Shown: positions 20,041-29,702, counted from the first letter of the stretch. The stretch: 64,000 nt of DNA from Eubacteriales bacterium (GCA_050950785.1 JBMNIG010000024.1:8892-72891); one strand, 5' to 3'. Translations and numbers: made by a program. Notes: a model not told the origin generated them from the sequence alone.

Positions 20041-20149
20041 AAAGATGGCAGAAGAGAATGCACGGCAGAGCAAAATCGGCTGTGCCGCGGCCGTTAATGC
20101 GGCACCCGCGCATGGTCACTTGGCGAGCGCGGTAAGAACGGAGGTCTCT

Positions 20150-20686
20150 ATGAAGTTTACATTCAATGCCAAAAAGGTAGAAGTTTCCGAAGACCTGATG
20201 GAGTACGCAAGAAAGAAAATCAGTAAACTTGACCGCTACTTCAAAAAAGACTCAAACGCACACATTGTTTTTTCAACCGAACGCGGTAGGGAGACAGTAG
20301 AAATTACGATCCACCACGGGTCCATGATTTTCCGCACACGTCAGACGACCCATGACTTTTATGCGTGTATTGACCTGGGGGTCGAGGTTCTTGTCAGACA
20401 AATCCACAAGAACAAGACAAGGCTTGAAAAAAGGTTGCGTAAAGGCGCTTTTGATCGTGCAACCAGCACTGGCGTGAATGGACACCAGGATGTGGAGGAG
20501 GAAACTTACAACATAGTCCGGACAAAACGTTTTGCCATTAAGCCCATTACCCCGGAGGAAGCCATACTGCAAATGAATATGCTGGGTCATGAGTTCTTTG
20601 TATTTAAGGATCAGACAAATGAAGACTCCTTTGCGGTAGTCTATCGCAGAAATGATGGCGGTTATGGTCTGATCGAGACAGAATAG
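20150..20686 (+). CDS. hpf: Ribosome hibernation promoting factor (long form)
   Basis: MKFTFNAKKVEVSEDLMEYARKKISKLDRYF. ATG 20150 follows ACGGAGG. The C-terminal dimerisation domain is present (FAIKPITPEEAILQMNMLGHEFFVF). The ORF-track start at 20045 is a GC-rich leader, not coding. Confidence 0.85.
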   Translation: MKFTFNAKKVEVSEDLMEYARKKISKLDRYFKKDSNAHIVFSTERGRETVEITIHHGSMIFRTRQTTHDFYACIDLGVEVLVRQIHKNKTRLEKRLRKGAFDRATSTGVNGHQDVEEETYNIVRTKRFAIKPITPEEAILQMNMLGHEFFVFKDQTNEDSFAVVYRRNDGGYGLIETE

Positions 20687-20761
20687 TTTCAATTATTATA
20701 ACTCTACGATATCCCGGCAATCGTATTTTATAACGTTATTTATAAACTATCAATTAGCTAT

Positions 20762-20792
20762 AAAACAGGAGGATTTGATCCTCCTGTTTTTT
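20762..20792. terminator. Bidirectional rho-independent terminator between hpf and the convergent heptad-repeat gene
   Basis: AAAACAGGAGGAT, loop TTG, ATCCTCCTGTTTT, then TT. A-run on one side and T-run on the other. Confidence 0.8.
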
Positions 20793-20853
20793 GCTTGTAT
20801 ATTCGTTTAGGCTAAGAGAATTGAGGTTGCAATGGCCTCAGTCAAAATAGCCC

Positions 20854-22548
20854 TCATCGAAACAGATTCAGGAAACGATCAATAATCGTCTGAGTCATGG
20901 AGCTCTGGGGCTTTTCTTTTACAGGTCTTTCAGGCTCGATTGCTTTAGTGCGCAGAATGATCTGAACTTGATCCACGTTGTTTTTGGGAGAATTTATAGA
21001 CACAGCCTGTTCTCCCTCATTATCATCCACATATTCTAAAAGTGCGCCACTAAAGCTTTTGAACCCTTCATATAACTCATGTTGGCCATCGGCAAGCTCA
21101 TTTACTTTTCCAGGCATATCCGACAGCTGTGTCGATATGTTTTCAAGACCGTCCGAAAGTGAAGCTATACCACCGAAAAGTCCTTGGGCACCTGCTGAGA
21201 TTTGAACAAAACTGTCCTTGAGTGCTTGAACACCTTTTACATACTTCGATGTTCCGTCTGAAAGTGCACTGGCACTCGCTGAAAGCACTGAAACCCCTTC
21301 AACATATCTCCTAAGCCCCTGACCATACATCTCAAGTTGATTTGATATTTCAGTATAGTCTTGTTGGGCAAGTGATGAAACCATCTCATTGACTGCTGCA
21401 AGGATCTGCTGTTTTTCCTGCGTCGACATCGTTGGGCTTTGCTCAATTGCACTTGCCAGAGACTGCAGCCCTTCTGCAAGAACATTTACTTGACCCCCAT
21501 CCATAAGGCTGCTTAGTCCCAGTTTCAATTGCTCAAATCCCTTTAATAGCTCGGCTCCCTGAGCGTCAAGCTGACTTATGCCATCCGCATACTCCACAAG
21601 TGATTGCGACAATACGGTTCCGCCCTTCGAAAGTTCGTCAAATCCTGCACCGTATCCATCCACTCCGTCAGAAAACTGCTTTGCAGAGTTCTTTAACGTG
21701 TTTGTGCCATCACTTACTCCACTTATACCATCGGAAAGCTTCTCCAGACCCTCGGCCAGCTGTCTGGTACCATCTGCCAACTCTCCGGCGCCCCTTTCCA
21801 TCTCACCTATGCCTTCCGTTATCCCAAACTCTTCTATCATCGCCGACATATTGTATTTCATCATAGTAATATTGATACCATCAAGTTTAAATGATTCGAC
21901 GTCTCCTTCAATAACAAATGTCGTGCTCTGACCAGGGAGTACCATGCCTGAGTACGTATAAGTGCTGCCGATAAGAACACCAGGCAGATCCGTCTTTATG
22001 TTCTTAAAGACATTTGTATCAATTGGGATCTGTACCTGCGCAACAAAGTTATTACGGAAGAACTGATCCGCTTCTTCATTCGATTCTACTTCTACTACGA
22101 TCTTGACATGACCTGATTCCCCACCGGTCATATATATTGCCTGACCATCAAGCTCTATATATTCTCTTACAAAAAACGGGAGTACGACGTGGGAATGAGT
22201 ACCGGGGAGCCCCTCATTATTTTCAAGCTGAAAATAGAACGAATCGTATGCCTTCGGGAATACCAAAGTTACGCCTTGTTCATGAAGGTGGAATTCTATG
22301 TCTTCGGTAAGGCATCTGCCTGATTTGAAGTCTCCATAAATAGTGAATTCTCCCGGACTGTCCACTCTCATTTTGTACACAGTATATACGCTCTTTTCTC
22401 CCGATTCATGAAATACACCGTATACCGTTTCCTGAATGCTTCCGACCTGCGAATGATCATTTGCTAATGCTTGCAGGGACATACTGCATATAAAGACAAG
22501 TACAACTGTTAAAATGGTAAATCGTCTGCTTTTATTAAATACCATCAA
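20854..22548 (-). CDS. Secreted or membrane-anchored protein with YhgE/Pip-like x-x-x-L-x-x-G heptad repeats
   Basis: 564 aa. N-terminal signal/anchor (FTILTVVLVFICSMSLQALA), a beta-rich domain, then two runs of heptads: 14 consecutive from ELADGTR QLAEGLE KLSDGIS..., and 12 from VLSASAS ALSDGTS KYVKGVQ.... No C-terminal TM segments. Confidence 0.6.
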   Translation of the reverse strand: MMVFNKSRRFTILTVVLVFICSMSLQALANDHSQVGSIQETVYGVFHESGEKSVYTVYKMRVDSPGEFTIYGDFKSGRCLTEDIEFHLHEQGVTLVFPKAYDSFYFQLENNEGLPGTHSHVVLPFFVREYIELDGQAIYMTGGESGHVKIVVEVESNEEADQFFRNNFVAQVQIPIDTNVFKNIKTDLPGVLIGSTYTYSGMVLPGQSTTFVIEGDVESFKLDGINITMMKYNMSAMIEEFGITEGIGEMERGAGELADGTRQLAEGLEKLSDGISGVSDGTNTLKNSAKQFSDGVDGYGAGFDELSKGGTVLSQSLVEYADGISQLDAQGAELLKGFEQLKLGLSSLMDGGQVNVLAEGLQSLASAIEQSPTMSTQEKQQILAAVNEMVSSLAQQDYTEISNQLEMYGQGLRRYVEGVSVLSASASALSDGTSKYVKGVQALKDSFVQISAGAQGLFGGIASLSDGLENISTQLSDMPGKVNELADGQHELYEGFKSFSGALLEYVDDNEGEQAVSINSPKNNVDQVQIILRTKAIEPERPVKEKPQSSMTQTIIDRFLNLFR

Positions 22549-22607
22549 AAGCCCCTCCCGTAAAGCTTAACTATTGCCTGCACGAACGATTTTCAAGAAA
22601 CAACAAT

Positions 22608-24686
22608 TTAGTCGGCTTTCTTTTTGCCGCGGAGCGTTGTCTTTAGAATCAATGGATCAAGTATGACCAAAAGCTGTGGTAAGAGGATCAATACCATAAT
22701 ACCACTCATGAACGCTCCTCTGCCTATGAGGGTTCCCAATTCGCTGATAGCCGCAGTTTGACTGACTATACCCAATGACAGTCCCGCGGTTCCCAGAATG
22801 AGAAAAGATGTAAGGATCGATCCTCCTGAGGTGGATATAGCCTCCAATACTGCATCGCGCTTTGGAAGGATTTCTCGATATTCAAGATAGCGATCGGCAA
22901 GTAGGATCGCATAATCGATCGTTGCACCTAATTGTACAGAGCTCACGATCATATAGCCGACAAAGGACATGGTGTTTCCTGCGAAATATGGTATGGACAT
23001 GTTCATCCATATGGAGATCTCTATAACAAATGTGAGGATAAGCGGTAGAGACAGCGAGCGAAATACGACTAATATAATGAACATTACCGCAACTATAGAA
23101 ATCGTATTTACAGTTTCATAGTCGGTTTCAACAACCTGCTTTATATCGTATATTGCTGTTGAGTTGCCAGCAAGATAATACTCCTCGAAGTGTTCAGATA
23201 TGGTTTTTTCCATATCCTCCATAGCCTCAAATGTCTCATCGCTCTCAGTAGGGACACTCAGCATCAATACCATTCGTGCATAGTCATCGGAGACAAAATT
23301 GTCTGTCAACCTACCGGGAAGAAATTCGCGGGGGATTCCCGGATCTGCAAAGCTGGAGATGCTCTGCACAGACTTTATGTAGTCCTTTCCCTGAAGCTCT
23401 TTAGCAAGTGCCACCTCAGATACAACCTTGCCCTTTGGCACTAAGAGTACTGCCTGATTCTGCTCCCCAAAGACCTCTGTGATTTCCTGCTCTTCTTCAT
23501 AGATCTCAGAGCCCTCCTGGTTTATGCCAGCTTCACCATAAAGGAAATCATTGCTTCGCTGTGCTAAAAATGAAGGCACCATGATCAGAATACACAAAAC
23601 TATAAACAGGTACTTCCCCTTTAGTACGATCTTGGCAAATCCATTCAAGCTGGGCATAAGTGATCGGTGGCGCAGCTTCTCCAAAAGTGGTGCCGTAAAG
23701 AGAATAAGTACAGGCAGTAGTGTCATTATACTAAATAGGCTTATAATGATTCCCTTTACTAATACGCGACCCAGGTCGAATCCGATCCCGTAGTCCATAA
23801 ACCACAGAGCCAAAAAGCCGGCAATAGTCGTCAGACTGCTCCCAGAGATTGCCGAAACAGACTTCTTGATCGCCGTCTTTACCGCCTCTGTGACCGTTGC
23901 ACCATTTTCTCGCTCTAGTGAAAATCTCTCAAACAGGAAAATCGAGTAATCCATGGATATGGCAAGCTGAAGCATTGCCTGAGTCGATTGGGTGACATTT
24001 GAAATCTCCCCAATGAAAATATTAGTACCCATATTGATGACAACTGCAGCGCCAATCACACCCAGATATAGAAAGGGTGCAAGCCATGAATCGGTCAAAA
24101 GCAAAAGGATGACTAAGATGATGATAACAGCTACAATTGAAATAGACAGTACTTCCCTCTCTGTAGTCTCAGCCAAAGCCTTTGAGGCTACCTGGGGGCC
24201 ACCCACTGCAAACTTCTCTTCACCGACTCTTTCTGTCAACATAGCGCGTATGTTGTCTATGGCATCCGTAGTCAGTGGAGAGTAGCCGTTTTCAAAATAT
24301 GTAACCTGAAAAAGGGCATTGCTGCCCTTGTAATAACTCTCTGTGGTTTCAGAGTCCAAAAATTCAATTGGTTGGGTGATATCAGCAACGTCATCAAGCC
24401 ATATCACCAGTGAAACACCATCAATGCTCTCAATTTCCTTTTTGATCGCAAGTGCATTGGGAATAGAGATATCCCGTACCATCACTGTCCCGATTTCGGG
24501 ATATCCAAATTCCTTTTCCAGCCTGTCCATCGCCTCTGCGGTGTTGGAATCCTGCGGAAGATATTGTGTGAGGTCATAGTTTACCTCAACACCCAGTGCC
24601 AGCAGCGCACTAAGAGCAGCCGCGGCAATAAATGCTATCAATATAGCTTTTCGGAAGCGAACAAGCAAATCGGCAACTTTGTCCAC
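22608..24686 (-). CDS. MMPL/RND-superfamily membrane transporter
   Basis: 692 aa built as two TM bundles, each preceded by a large extracytoplasmic loop. SSLTTIAGFLALWFMDYGIGFDLGRVLVKG is typical of MMPL proteins. Confidence 0.7.
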   Translation of the reverse strand: MDKVADLLVRFRKAILIAFIAAAALSALLALGVEVNYDLTQYLPQDSNTAEAMDRLEKEFGYPEIGTVMVRDISIPNALAIKKEIESIDGVSLVIWLDDVADITQPIEFLDSETTESYYKGSNALFQVTYFENGYSPLTTDAIDNIRAMLTERVGEEKFAVGGPQVASKALAETTEREVLSISIVAVIIILVILLLLTDSWLAPFLYLGVIGAAVVINMGTNIFIGEISNVTQSTQAMLQLAISMDYSIFLFERFSLERENGATVTEAVKTAIKKSVSAISGSSLTTIAGFLALWFMDYGIGFDLGRVLVKGIIISLFSIMTLLPVLILFTAPLLEKLRHRSLMPSLNGFAKIVLKGKYLFIVLCILIMVPSFLAQRSNDFLYGEAGINQEGSEIYEEEQEITEVFGEQNQAVLLVPKGKVVSEVALAKELQGKDYIKSVQSISSFADPGIPREFLPGRLTDNFVSDDYARMVLMLSVPTESDETFEAMEDMEKTISEHFEEYYLAGNSTAIYDIKQVVETDYETVNTISIVAVMFIILVVFRSLSLPLILTFVIEISIWMNMSIPYFAGNTMSFVGYMIVSSVQLGATIDYAILLADRYLEYREILPKRDAVLEAISTSGGSILTSFLILGTAGLSLGIVSQTAAISELGTLIGRGAFMSGIMVLILLPQLLVILDPLILKTTLRGKKKAD

Positions 24687-24733
24687 ATGGATTCCCCCTA
24701 TTCAATTATATTGATTTGTAGAAAATAGATTTG

Positions 24734-26602
24734 CTACATATCCTCAGAAGGCTGCATCTGTTCTGCAGGCGGGAGTTTATATCTGGATTTGTCATAATCC
24801 TCGATGATCTTCATAAACTCTTCCCCATTGAGGGTTTCATGTTCGAGCAGTGCAGAAGCCAAGATATCCAGCAGCCGTTCATTTTCGAGCAAAATGCGCT
24901 TTGCATCTTCGTGGCATCCCCGAATTATATCAAGTACTTCCGCGTCTGCCTTGGCAGCGCATTCCTGTGAGCACTGCAAAGTTGCATCTTCGCTAAGGTA
25001 CGGGTTTGCCACAGTTGACAGCGCCATCAGATCAAAATGTTCACTCATGCCGTAGCGAGTGACCATAGCACGGGCAAGCTTAGTAGCGCGCTCTATGTCG
25101 TTAGCAGCACCGCTTGAGACTGTATGAAACTTGATTTCTTCCGCTGATCTACCTGCAAGCAGTACTCGAATTTGGTCAAGTGCCTCATCCTTAAGAAGCA
25201 GGTAGCGATCCTCTTGAGGTGTGTTCATAGTAAAGCCTAATGCTCCCATAGTCCGCGGGACTATAGTGATCTTCTGCACAGGCTGCGGGTTAGAATTTTT
25301 GATAGACACAAGGGCGTGGCCAACTTCGTGGTATGCAACGATGCGCTTTTCCTTGTCCGATAGTACTGAGCTCTTCTTTTCGGCTCCTGCCAATATTAAA
25401 TCAACTGCGAAAAGCAAATCATTTTGCACAACGATTTTGCGACCGTTTCTAACTGCATTGATCGCTGCTTCATTTACGATGTTTGCAAGGTCTGCGCCTG
25501 AAAGTCCTGAGGTTGAGCGAGCTATCTCCTTCATGTCGACATCCCCGCTTATCCTGACCTCCCTTGCATGTACCTTGAGGATCTCCTCCCGTCCCGCAAG
25601 GTCAGGCTTGTCGACAATGATCCTGCGATCAAAGCGTCCAGCTCTTAGAAGTGCTTTATCAAGAACCTCGGGTCGATTTGTGGCAGCAAGTATTATGACT
25701 CCCTTTGAAGTGTCAAAACCGTCCATCTCGGAGAGCAGCTGGTTCAATGTCTGCTCACGCTCGTCATTGCCCCCAAACTGTCCTGATTGCCTCGATTTGC
25801 CTATAGCGTCTATTTCATCTATAAAAACAATACACGGCGCTTTACTCATGGCCTGCTTAAACAAGTCACGAACCCTTGCGGCACCAACGCCGACAAACAT
25901 CTCTACAAAATCGGAGCCTGTGATTGAGAAGAAGGGTACCCCTGCCTCCCCTGCAACTGCTTTTGCAAGCAGAGTCTTTCCTGTTCCCGGAGGGCCAACA
26001 AGAAGTGCCCCCTTCGGAAGCTTAGCGCCAATTTCTGTGTACTTACCTGGATTTCTCAGAAAATCCACAAGCTCCTGTAGACTTTCCTTAGCCTCATCCT
26101 GCCCTGCGACATCGCGGAAGGACTTGCCTGTTTGCGCCTCAACGTATACTTTCGCCGTATTTTTGCCAAAGGACATTGCCCCGCCCGATCCACCGATCTT
26201 GCTTGACATTATCCTCATAACAAACATCCAGAGAACAGCCATTCCGACCAGTGGGATTACCCAGCTAAGTATGATATCAATGAAGGACTCCTTCTCAATG
26301 ATAGGAGTGAATTCAACACCCTCTTCAAAAAGGCGGTCTGCTAGCACATTGTCCTTCATATAAGCGATGGAGTAATAGGAAACCTTTCCGTTTTCATCGG
26401 GCTTTGTTGAAAATATGATGCTGTCCTGGTATATGTCGGCTTTGTCGATTTTCCCTTCTCCGAGCATTCTCATAAACTGTGAATAGGGTATCTCTTCTAT
26501 TGTTATATCTCTAAGCATTGGCTTTACGAGCATGTTTACAAAGAATATGATAAGTATCACTATACCGAAATAAATAAGTGTATTTTTCTTCTTATATTGC
26601 AT
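24734..26602 (-). CDS. ftsH: ATP-dependent zinc metalloprotease FtsH
   Basis: 622 aa with Walker [14 protein letters not shown], second region of homology and zinc site HEVGHAL. Confidence 0.95.
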   Translation of the reverse strand: MQYKKKNTLIYFGIVILIIFFVNMLVKPMLRDITIEEIPYSQFMRMLGEGKIDKADIYQDSIIFSTKPDENGKVSYYSIAYMKDNVLADRLFEEGVEFTPIIEKESFIDIILSWVIPLVGMAVLWMFVMRIMSSKIGGSGGAMSFGKNTAKVYVEAQTGKSFRDVAGQDEAKESLQELVDFLRNPGKYTEIGAKLPKGALLVGPPGTGKTLLAKAVAGEAGVPFFSITGSDFVEMFVGVGAARVRDLFKQAMSKAPCIVFIDEIDAIGKSRQSGQFGGNDEREQTLNQLLSEMDGFDTSKGVIILAATNRPEVLDKALLRAGRFDRRIIVDKPDLAGREEILKVHAREVRISGDVDMKEIARSTSGLSGADLANIVNEAAINAVRNGRKIVVQNDLLFAVDLILAGAEKKSSVLSDKEKRIVAYHEVGHALVSIKNSNPQPVQKITIVPRTMGALGFTMNTPQEDRYLLLKDEALDQIRVLLAGRSAEEIKFHTVSSGAANDIERATKLARAMVTRYGMSEHFDLMALSTVANPYLSEDATLQCSQECAAKADAEVLDIIRGCHEDAKRILLENERLLDILASALLEHETLNGEEFMKIIEDYDKSRYKLPPAEQMQPSEDM

Positions 26603-26730
26603 TTATCAAGCTCCCAAATCATGTAATTATAGTATTTTTTCCACCAGCTTCATCTTAGCATAAGCAACTTTTATTGTCCACACGCCAAAAAAGGTTTTAC
26701 ACTTTGTTCATTATTCCTCTATAATTTATT

Positions 26731-26761
26731 AAAAATTAAAAAGGCCTGTGGTAACAGACCT
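26731..26761 (-). terminator. Terminator of the amidohydrolase gene
   Basis: On the minus strand: AGGTCTGT, loop TACC, ACAGGCCT (one G-U pair), followed by TTTTTAATTTTT. Confidence 0.7.
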
Positions 26762-26929
26762 TATCATTATTAGTGTTATTTGGTGTTTATATGTTATTCA
26801 TTGCAATGTCATTCGGCATGTCGAGTAGCATGACAACTCATATTGACAACGTATGGAAGCCCGCTATTATGATAGGAAGTGGAAACGTCATCTGCCCTGA
26901 TTTCACGAAAATCCACTGGATTTGCTCAT

Positions 26930-28141
26930 TTAAGGGCAAAAAACTATTTCTCCGTCAATTATAACCATCCTGATACGGCTATCCATATCAAAAGGATTCG
27001 ATTCAAATACAACAAGGTCACATCTCTTTCCCGGTTCTATTGACCCAACCCGCTCTTCGATCCCGGCGGATTGCGCTGCGTGTATCGTCACGGAGCGTAA
27101 AGCATAATCTTTGTCCATGCCACATTTTATCCCTTGTGCTGCACAGTATGGAAGGTAGCTGATCGGGACTGAAGGATGTCCGGTGGAGATCGCCATACGT
27201 ACTCCCGCTTTTGCAAGACGGTCCAATCCCTCAAATTTGATACTTTCCGATTCAGGGGTGTACCCGTTTATTGGTTTGGGGCAGGTTATGACCGTTATCC
27301 TCTCGGATGCAAGTGACTCAGCCTCAAGATTTATATCATCTGTACACAAAAGGGTGTAATCAAGGTCAAACTCCGTTGCTATGCGAATCGCCGTGTAGAC
27401 GTCATTGAGGCTTCCGGCATGAAAGTAGACCTTCATCTCCTTCTTAACAACAGGCATCAGCGCCTCGAGCTTAATATCGAACAGGGGGTCTTCTGCATCG
27501 TCGTCTCTGACTGCTGCATCCTTCTTTAGGGCATATTCATTGGCTTTAAAGAGGTATTCCCGCAACAAAGCGGCTTCAGCCATTCTATTCATCGGTGTTT
27601 TATACCCTTCTTCTAAGACCTGTTTTGGATGATCTCCCAGGGTAAATTTTATGCTGACATTGTCCTGAACAACCATTTTGTCCACTCTGCGACCACTTGT
27701 ATGCAAGGCTACAAATCGACCACCAATAAGATTTGAGCTACTTGGTCCTGTGACAACAGTTGTTATACCAGCGGCTAGTGCCTTAGCAAAGTGAGGATCC
27801 AGTGGATCTATAGCATCGATGGCTCGAAGTTGCGGTGTAACCAGGTCACCATCAACTGATAGGCTTTGACCATTTGTGGTGAGATCCTCGCCCTGCAAAC
27901 CTATATGGCAGTGGGCATCTATAAGGCCGGGAATTACTGTGCATCCGGAGGCATCTATTGATTCCCCGCTATAGCTTGGTAGTGAGTCCATGTCGCCAAG
28001 CTCAAGAATGATTCCGTCCTCAGAAAGTATCCAACCCTTTTCAATTTCACCGGGGCCTGTGTTCTCTTTAGCTCCTGCAATGGCACCGCTTTTTCCGGCA
28101 TTTTCTGTACACGTAATTATTCTAACATTCTTTATGAGCAT
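26930..28141 (-). CDS. Amidohydrolase-family protein (metal-dependent hydrolase, substrate unknown)
   Basis: 403 aa with the N-terminal motif LIDAHCHIG and a C-terminal IEPGKRCDLVVF typical of the amidohydrolase fold. Confidence 0.6.
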   Translation of the reverse strand: MLIKNVRIITCTENAGKSGAIAGAKENTGPGEIEKGWILSEDGIILELGDMDSLPSYSGESIDASGCTVIPGLIDAHCHIGLQGEDLTTNGQSLSVDGDLVTPQLRAIDAIDPLDPHFAKALAAGITTVVTGPSSSNLIGGRFVALHTSGRRVDKMVVQDNVSIKFTLGDHPKQVLEEGYKTPMNRMAEAALLREYLFKANEYALKKDAAVRDDDAEDPLFDIKLEALMPVVKKEMKVYFHAGSLNDVYTAIRIATEFDLDYTLLCTDDINLEAESLASERITVITCPKPINGYTPESESIKFEGLDRLAKAGVRMAISTGHPSVPISYLPYCAAQGIKCGMDKDYALRSVTIHAAQSAGIEERVGSIEPGKRCDLVVFESNPFDMDSRIRMVIIDGEIVFCP

Positions 28142-28236
28142 ATGTTCCTCCCGCTTTTCGGTCTAATTTTCAGCTCACTTCGAAAAATAATTATTACTAT
28201 ACGACAAAACCTATCAAAAAGTCCCTTTTTTCGCTA

Positions 28237-28265
28237 TTTACAATTACTTTTTTATATGTTATTAT
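28237..28265 (+). promoter_or_regulatory. Near-consensus sigma-A promoter with no downstream ORF
   Basis: TTTACA (28237-28242), 17-nt spacer, TATTAT (28260-28265). Confidence 0.5.
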
Positions 28266-28271
28266 CTCTTT

Positions 28272-28380
28272 ACAGCTTATCCAATATCTTTTTCTTATCC
28301 CACAACCCATTTTTATGTGCTTCATGGTGCCGTTACCGGTTTTCCATTGAGGACGGACGCCCGATGGGCGTCATTTTTTT
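28272..28380 (+). ncRNA. Candidate small RNA (about 110 nt) defined by a promoter and an intrinsic terminator
   Basis: It lies between the promoter at 28237-28265 and the terminator at 28356-28380. It has no RBS-preceded ORF. It sits in the 346-bp gap between two minus-strand genes. No family was recognised. Confidence 0.3.
28356..28380 (+). terminator. Plus-strand rho-independent terminator with no plus-strand gene upstream
   Basis: GACGCCC, loop GAT, GGGCGTC, then A and TTTTTTT. Confidence 0.7.
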
Positions 28381-28487
28381 GTCCACACTAATTAATATGG
28401 GAAACTAACATAAACTAATATAGGGAGGAATTGAAGGCTATTGCCTACACCCCTCCCCCATTTGCTCACTAAGCCGTCCCGTGCATT

Positions 28488-28880
28488 CTACCTTGCACGG
28501 CGACGGGTTCTTTTTTCGCTATAGAGCTTCGAGCTGGATATAATGCTCTTTGATTCCTGCATAAATTTAGACAGCCGCTCCTCAAAACTGTCAGCATCCG
28601 AAGCAGATTGTCTAACCGCTGTCGCTACAGGCTGCGGCGGCGGAGGAACCGAGGTCTTCTTTATTGAAAGATTTATTCGGCCGCTTTCGTCAATACCAAT
28701 GATTTTAACTCTGACCTGCTGTCCTTCGGTCAGATGCTGGCGTATGTCACTTACATACGCATGAGCGATTTCCGAAATGTGAACCATTCCGGACTTCCCT
28801 TCCGGCAGCGAAACAAACGCGCCGTATTTAGTTATACCAGTTACTTTCCCCTCAAGTATGGTCCCTATATCGAGCTCCAT
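28488..28880 (-). CDS. yabR: S1 RNA-binding domain protein (YabR-like)
   Basis: 130 aa. GKVTGITKYGAFVSLPEGKSGMVHISEIAHAYV resembles B. subtilis YabR. Position after divIC is conserved. Confidence 0.8.
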   Translation of the reverse strand: MELDIGTILEGKVTGITKYGAFVSLPEGKSGMVHISEIAHAYVSDIRQHLTEGQQVRVKIIGIDESGRINLSIKKTSVPPPPQPVATAVRQSASDADSFEERLSKFMQESKSIISSSKLYSEKRTRRRAR

Positions 28881-28927
28881 ATAACAGTTTTGTTCCTCCT
28901 TGGCTGGTTATCGTTAATTTGGAACTG

Positions 28928-29206
28928 TCAGTTGCTAATGTCCACAAAAATGCGCTCACCCGGAGAAACCAGGCCAAGCTCAGAACGGGCGGCTTGTGCT
29001 ATTAGTTCCTCATCAAGTGAAACTTCGGAAATCTCCTTGAGCCTTGCATTTTCACGTTTCTGCCGCTCAACCTTTACGCGAAGATCTTCCACCTCTCGCT
29101 GAGCCTCGTTTATGTCCATTTGCAGGTGCAGGAGATTTATCGCGAAGTATACCGCGAGACCTGCTATTACGATCTTCGGCAAAAGCCTTTTCTTCCTGCG
29201 TTTCAT
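28928..29206 (-). CDS. divIC: Septum formation initiator (DivIC/FtsB family)
   Basis: MKRRKKRLLPKIVIAGLAVYFAINLL TM anchor followed by a coiled coil. ATG 29206 follows GGGAGGA at an 8-nt spacing. The ORF-track GTG at 29239 is an alternative start. Confidence 0.7.
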   Translation of the reverse strand: MKRRKKRLLPKIVIAGLAVYFAINLLHLQMDINEAQREVEDLRVKVERQKRENARLKEISEVSLDEELIAQAARSELGLVSPGERIFVDISN

Positions 29207-29702
29207 TTCCCCGTCCTCCCTGCGAATCTTCCCAGGCACGGCGTAAAAACCGACGCTTCCTCAATGCTATAATACACTTTTTTTTAGCAGATTGGAAGTG
29301 CTTTTTTCTCTTTTCAGCAACCTTTTTTATAAATTTAGCAGTTCCGCGCCCTGCTTTTTTCAAAGGAGTGAAAATCATCCTTAAAATTCTTCTTAAAAAC
29401 CCAGTCACGGCAAATCCAACAGCTAAGACAAGCCTACTAAGTACAAGGAAATATATTACCGCTCCGATCATCGCACCAAGGGCTGAAAATATGCGTAACT
29501 CCCCGTCCTGAACGGTCATGGCAAACCAGAAAACCACTGCAGCGGCAAAAATCCAATACAAAAAATCTGCCACCGACAGTATAACACCTGCCTTTGTATT
29601 CCCGCGAATCAGTCGTACGATGTCATACGCAAAACCAAGTCCCGCTCCGAGAACGGCTGACAGTATAAATTCTACAGTTTGACGGGCGAGTGAAAGATCC
29701 AT
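29067..29702 (-). CDS. yabQ: Spore cortex biosynthesis protein YabQ-like membrane protein with a long basic tail
   Basis: 211 aa. It has TM segments in the first 120 aa or so and a Lys/Arg-rich C-terminus. It directly follows yabP. Its last 140 nt overlap divIC out of frame. Confidence 0.6.
   Translation of the reverse strand: MDLSLARQTVEFILSAVLGAGLGFAYDIVRLIRGNTKAGVILSVADFLYWIFAAAVVFWFAMTVQDGELRIFSALGAMIGAVIYFLVLSRLVLAVGFAVTGFLRRILRMIFTPLKKAGRGTAKFIKKVAEKRKKHFQSAKKKCIIALRKRRFLRRAWEDSQGGRGNETQEEKAFAEDRNSRSRGILRDKSPAPANGHKRGSARGGRSSRKG

Noticed and set aside
20045-20149. N-terminal extension of hpf in the ORF track
   Set aside because: The Ala/Gly-rich translation comes from a GC-rich hairpin leader. 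The conserved HPF N-terminus starts at 20150 behind ACGGAGG.
20980-21900. Apparent periodic DNA repeats inside the 564-aa gene
   Set aside because: The periodicity is the 21-nt coding period of the L-x-x-G heptad protein repeat. The DNA copies are divergent, so this is not a tandem DNA repeat or a phase-variation tract.
25221-26363. 380-aa plus-strand ORF
   Set aside because: It lies entirely antisense to the well-supported ftsH gene. The translation is low-complexity (Ser/Pro/Ala/Arg-rich) and there is no RBS. It is a typical shadow ORF.
28142-28408. 88-aa plus-strand ORF next to the amidohydrolase start
   Set aside because: It starts 1 nt after the divergent gene's start codon with no RBS. 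The translation is a low-complexity Leu/Phe/Ser sequence. It spans the promoter and terminator that I interpret as an sRNA unit.
28431-28472. 13-codon ORF MKAIAYTPPPFAH (poly-Pro leader-peptide idea) preceded by GGGAGGAA
   Set aside because: The SD-to-TTG spacing is only about 2 nt. There is no downstream plus-strand gene to attenuate. The GGGAGG/CCTCCC pair is better explained as a hairpin (possible yabR terminator).
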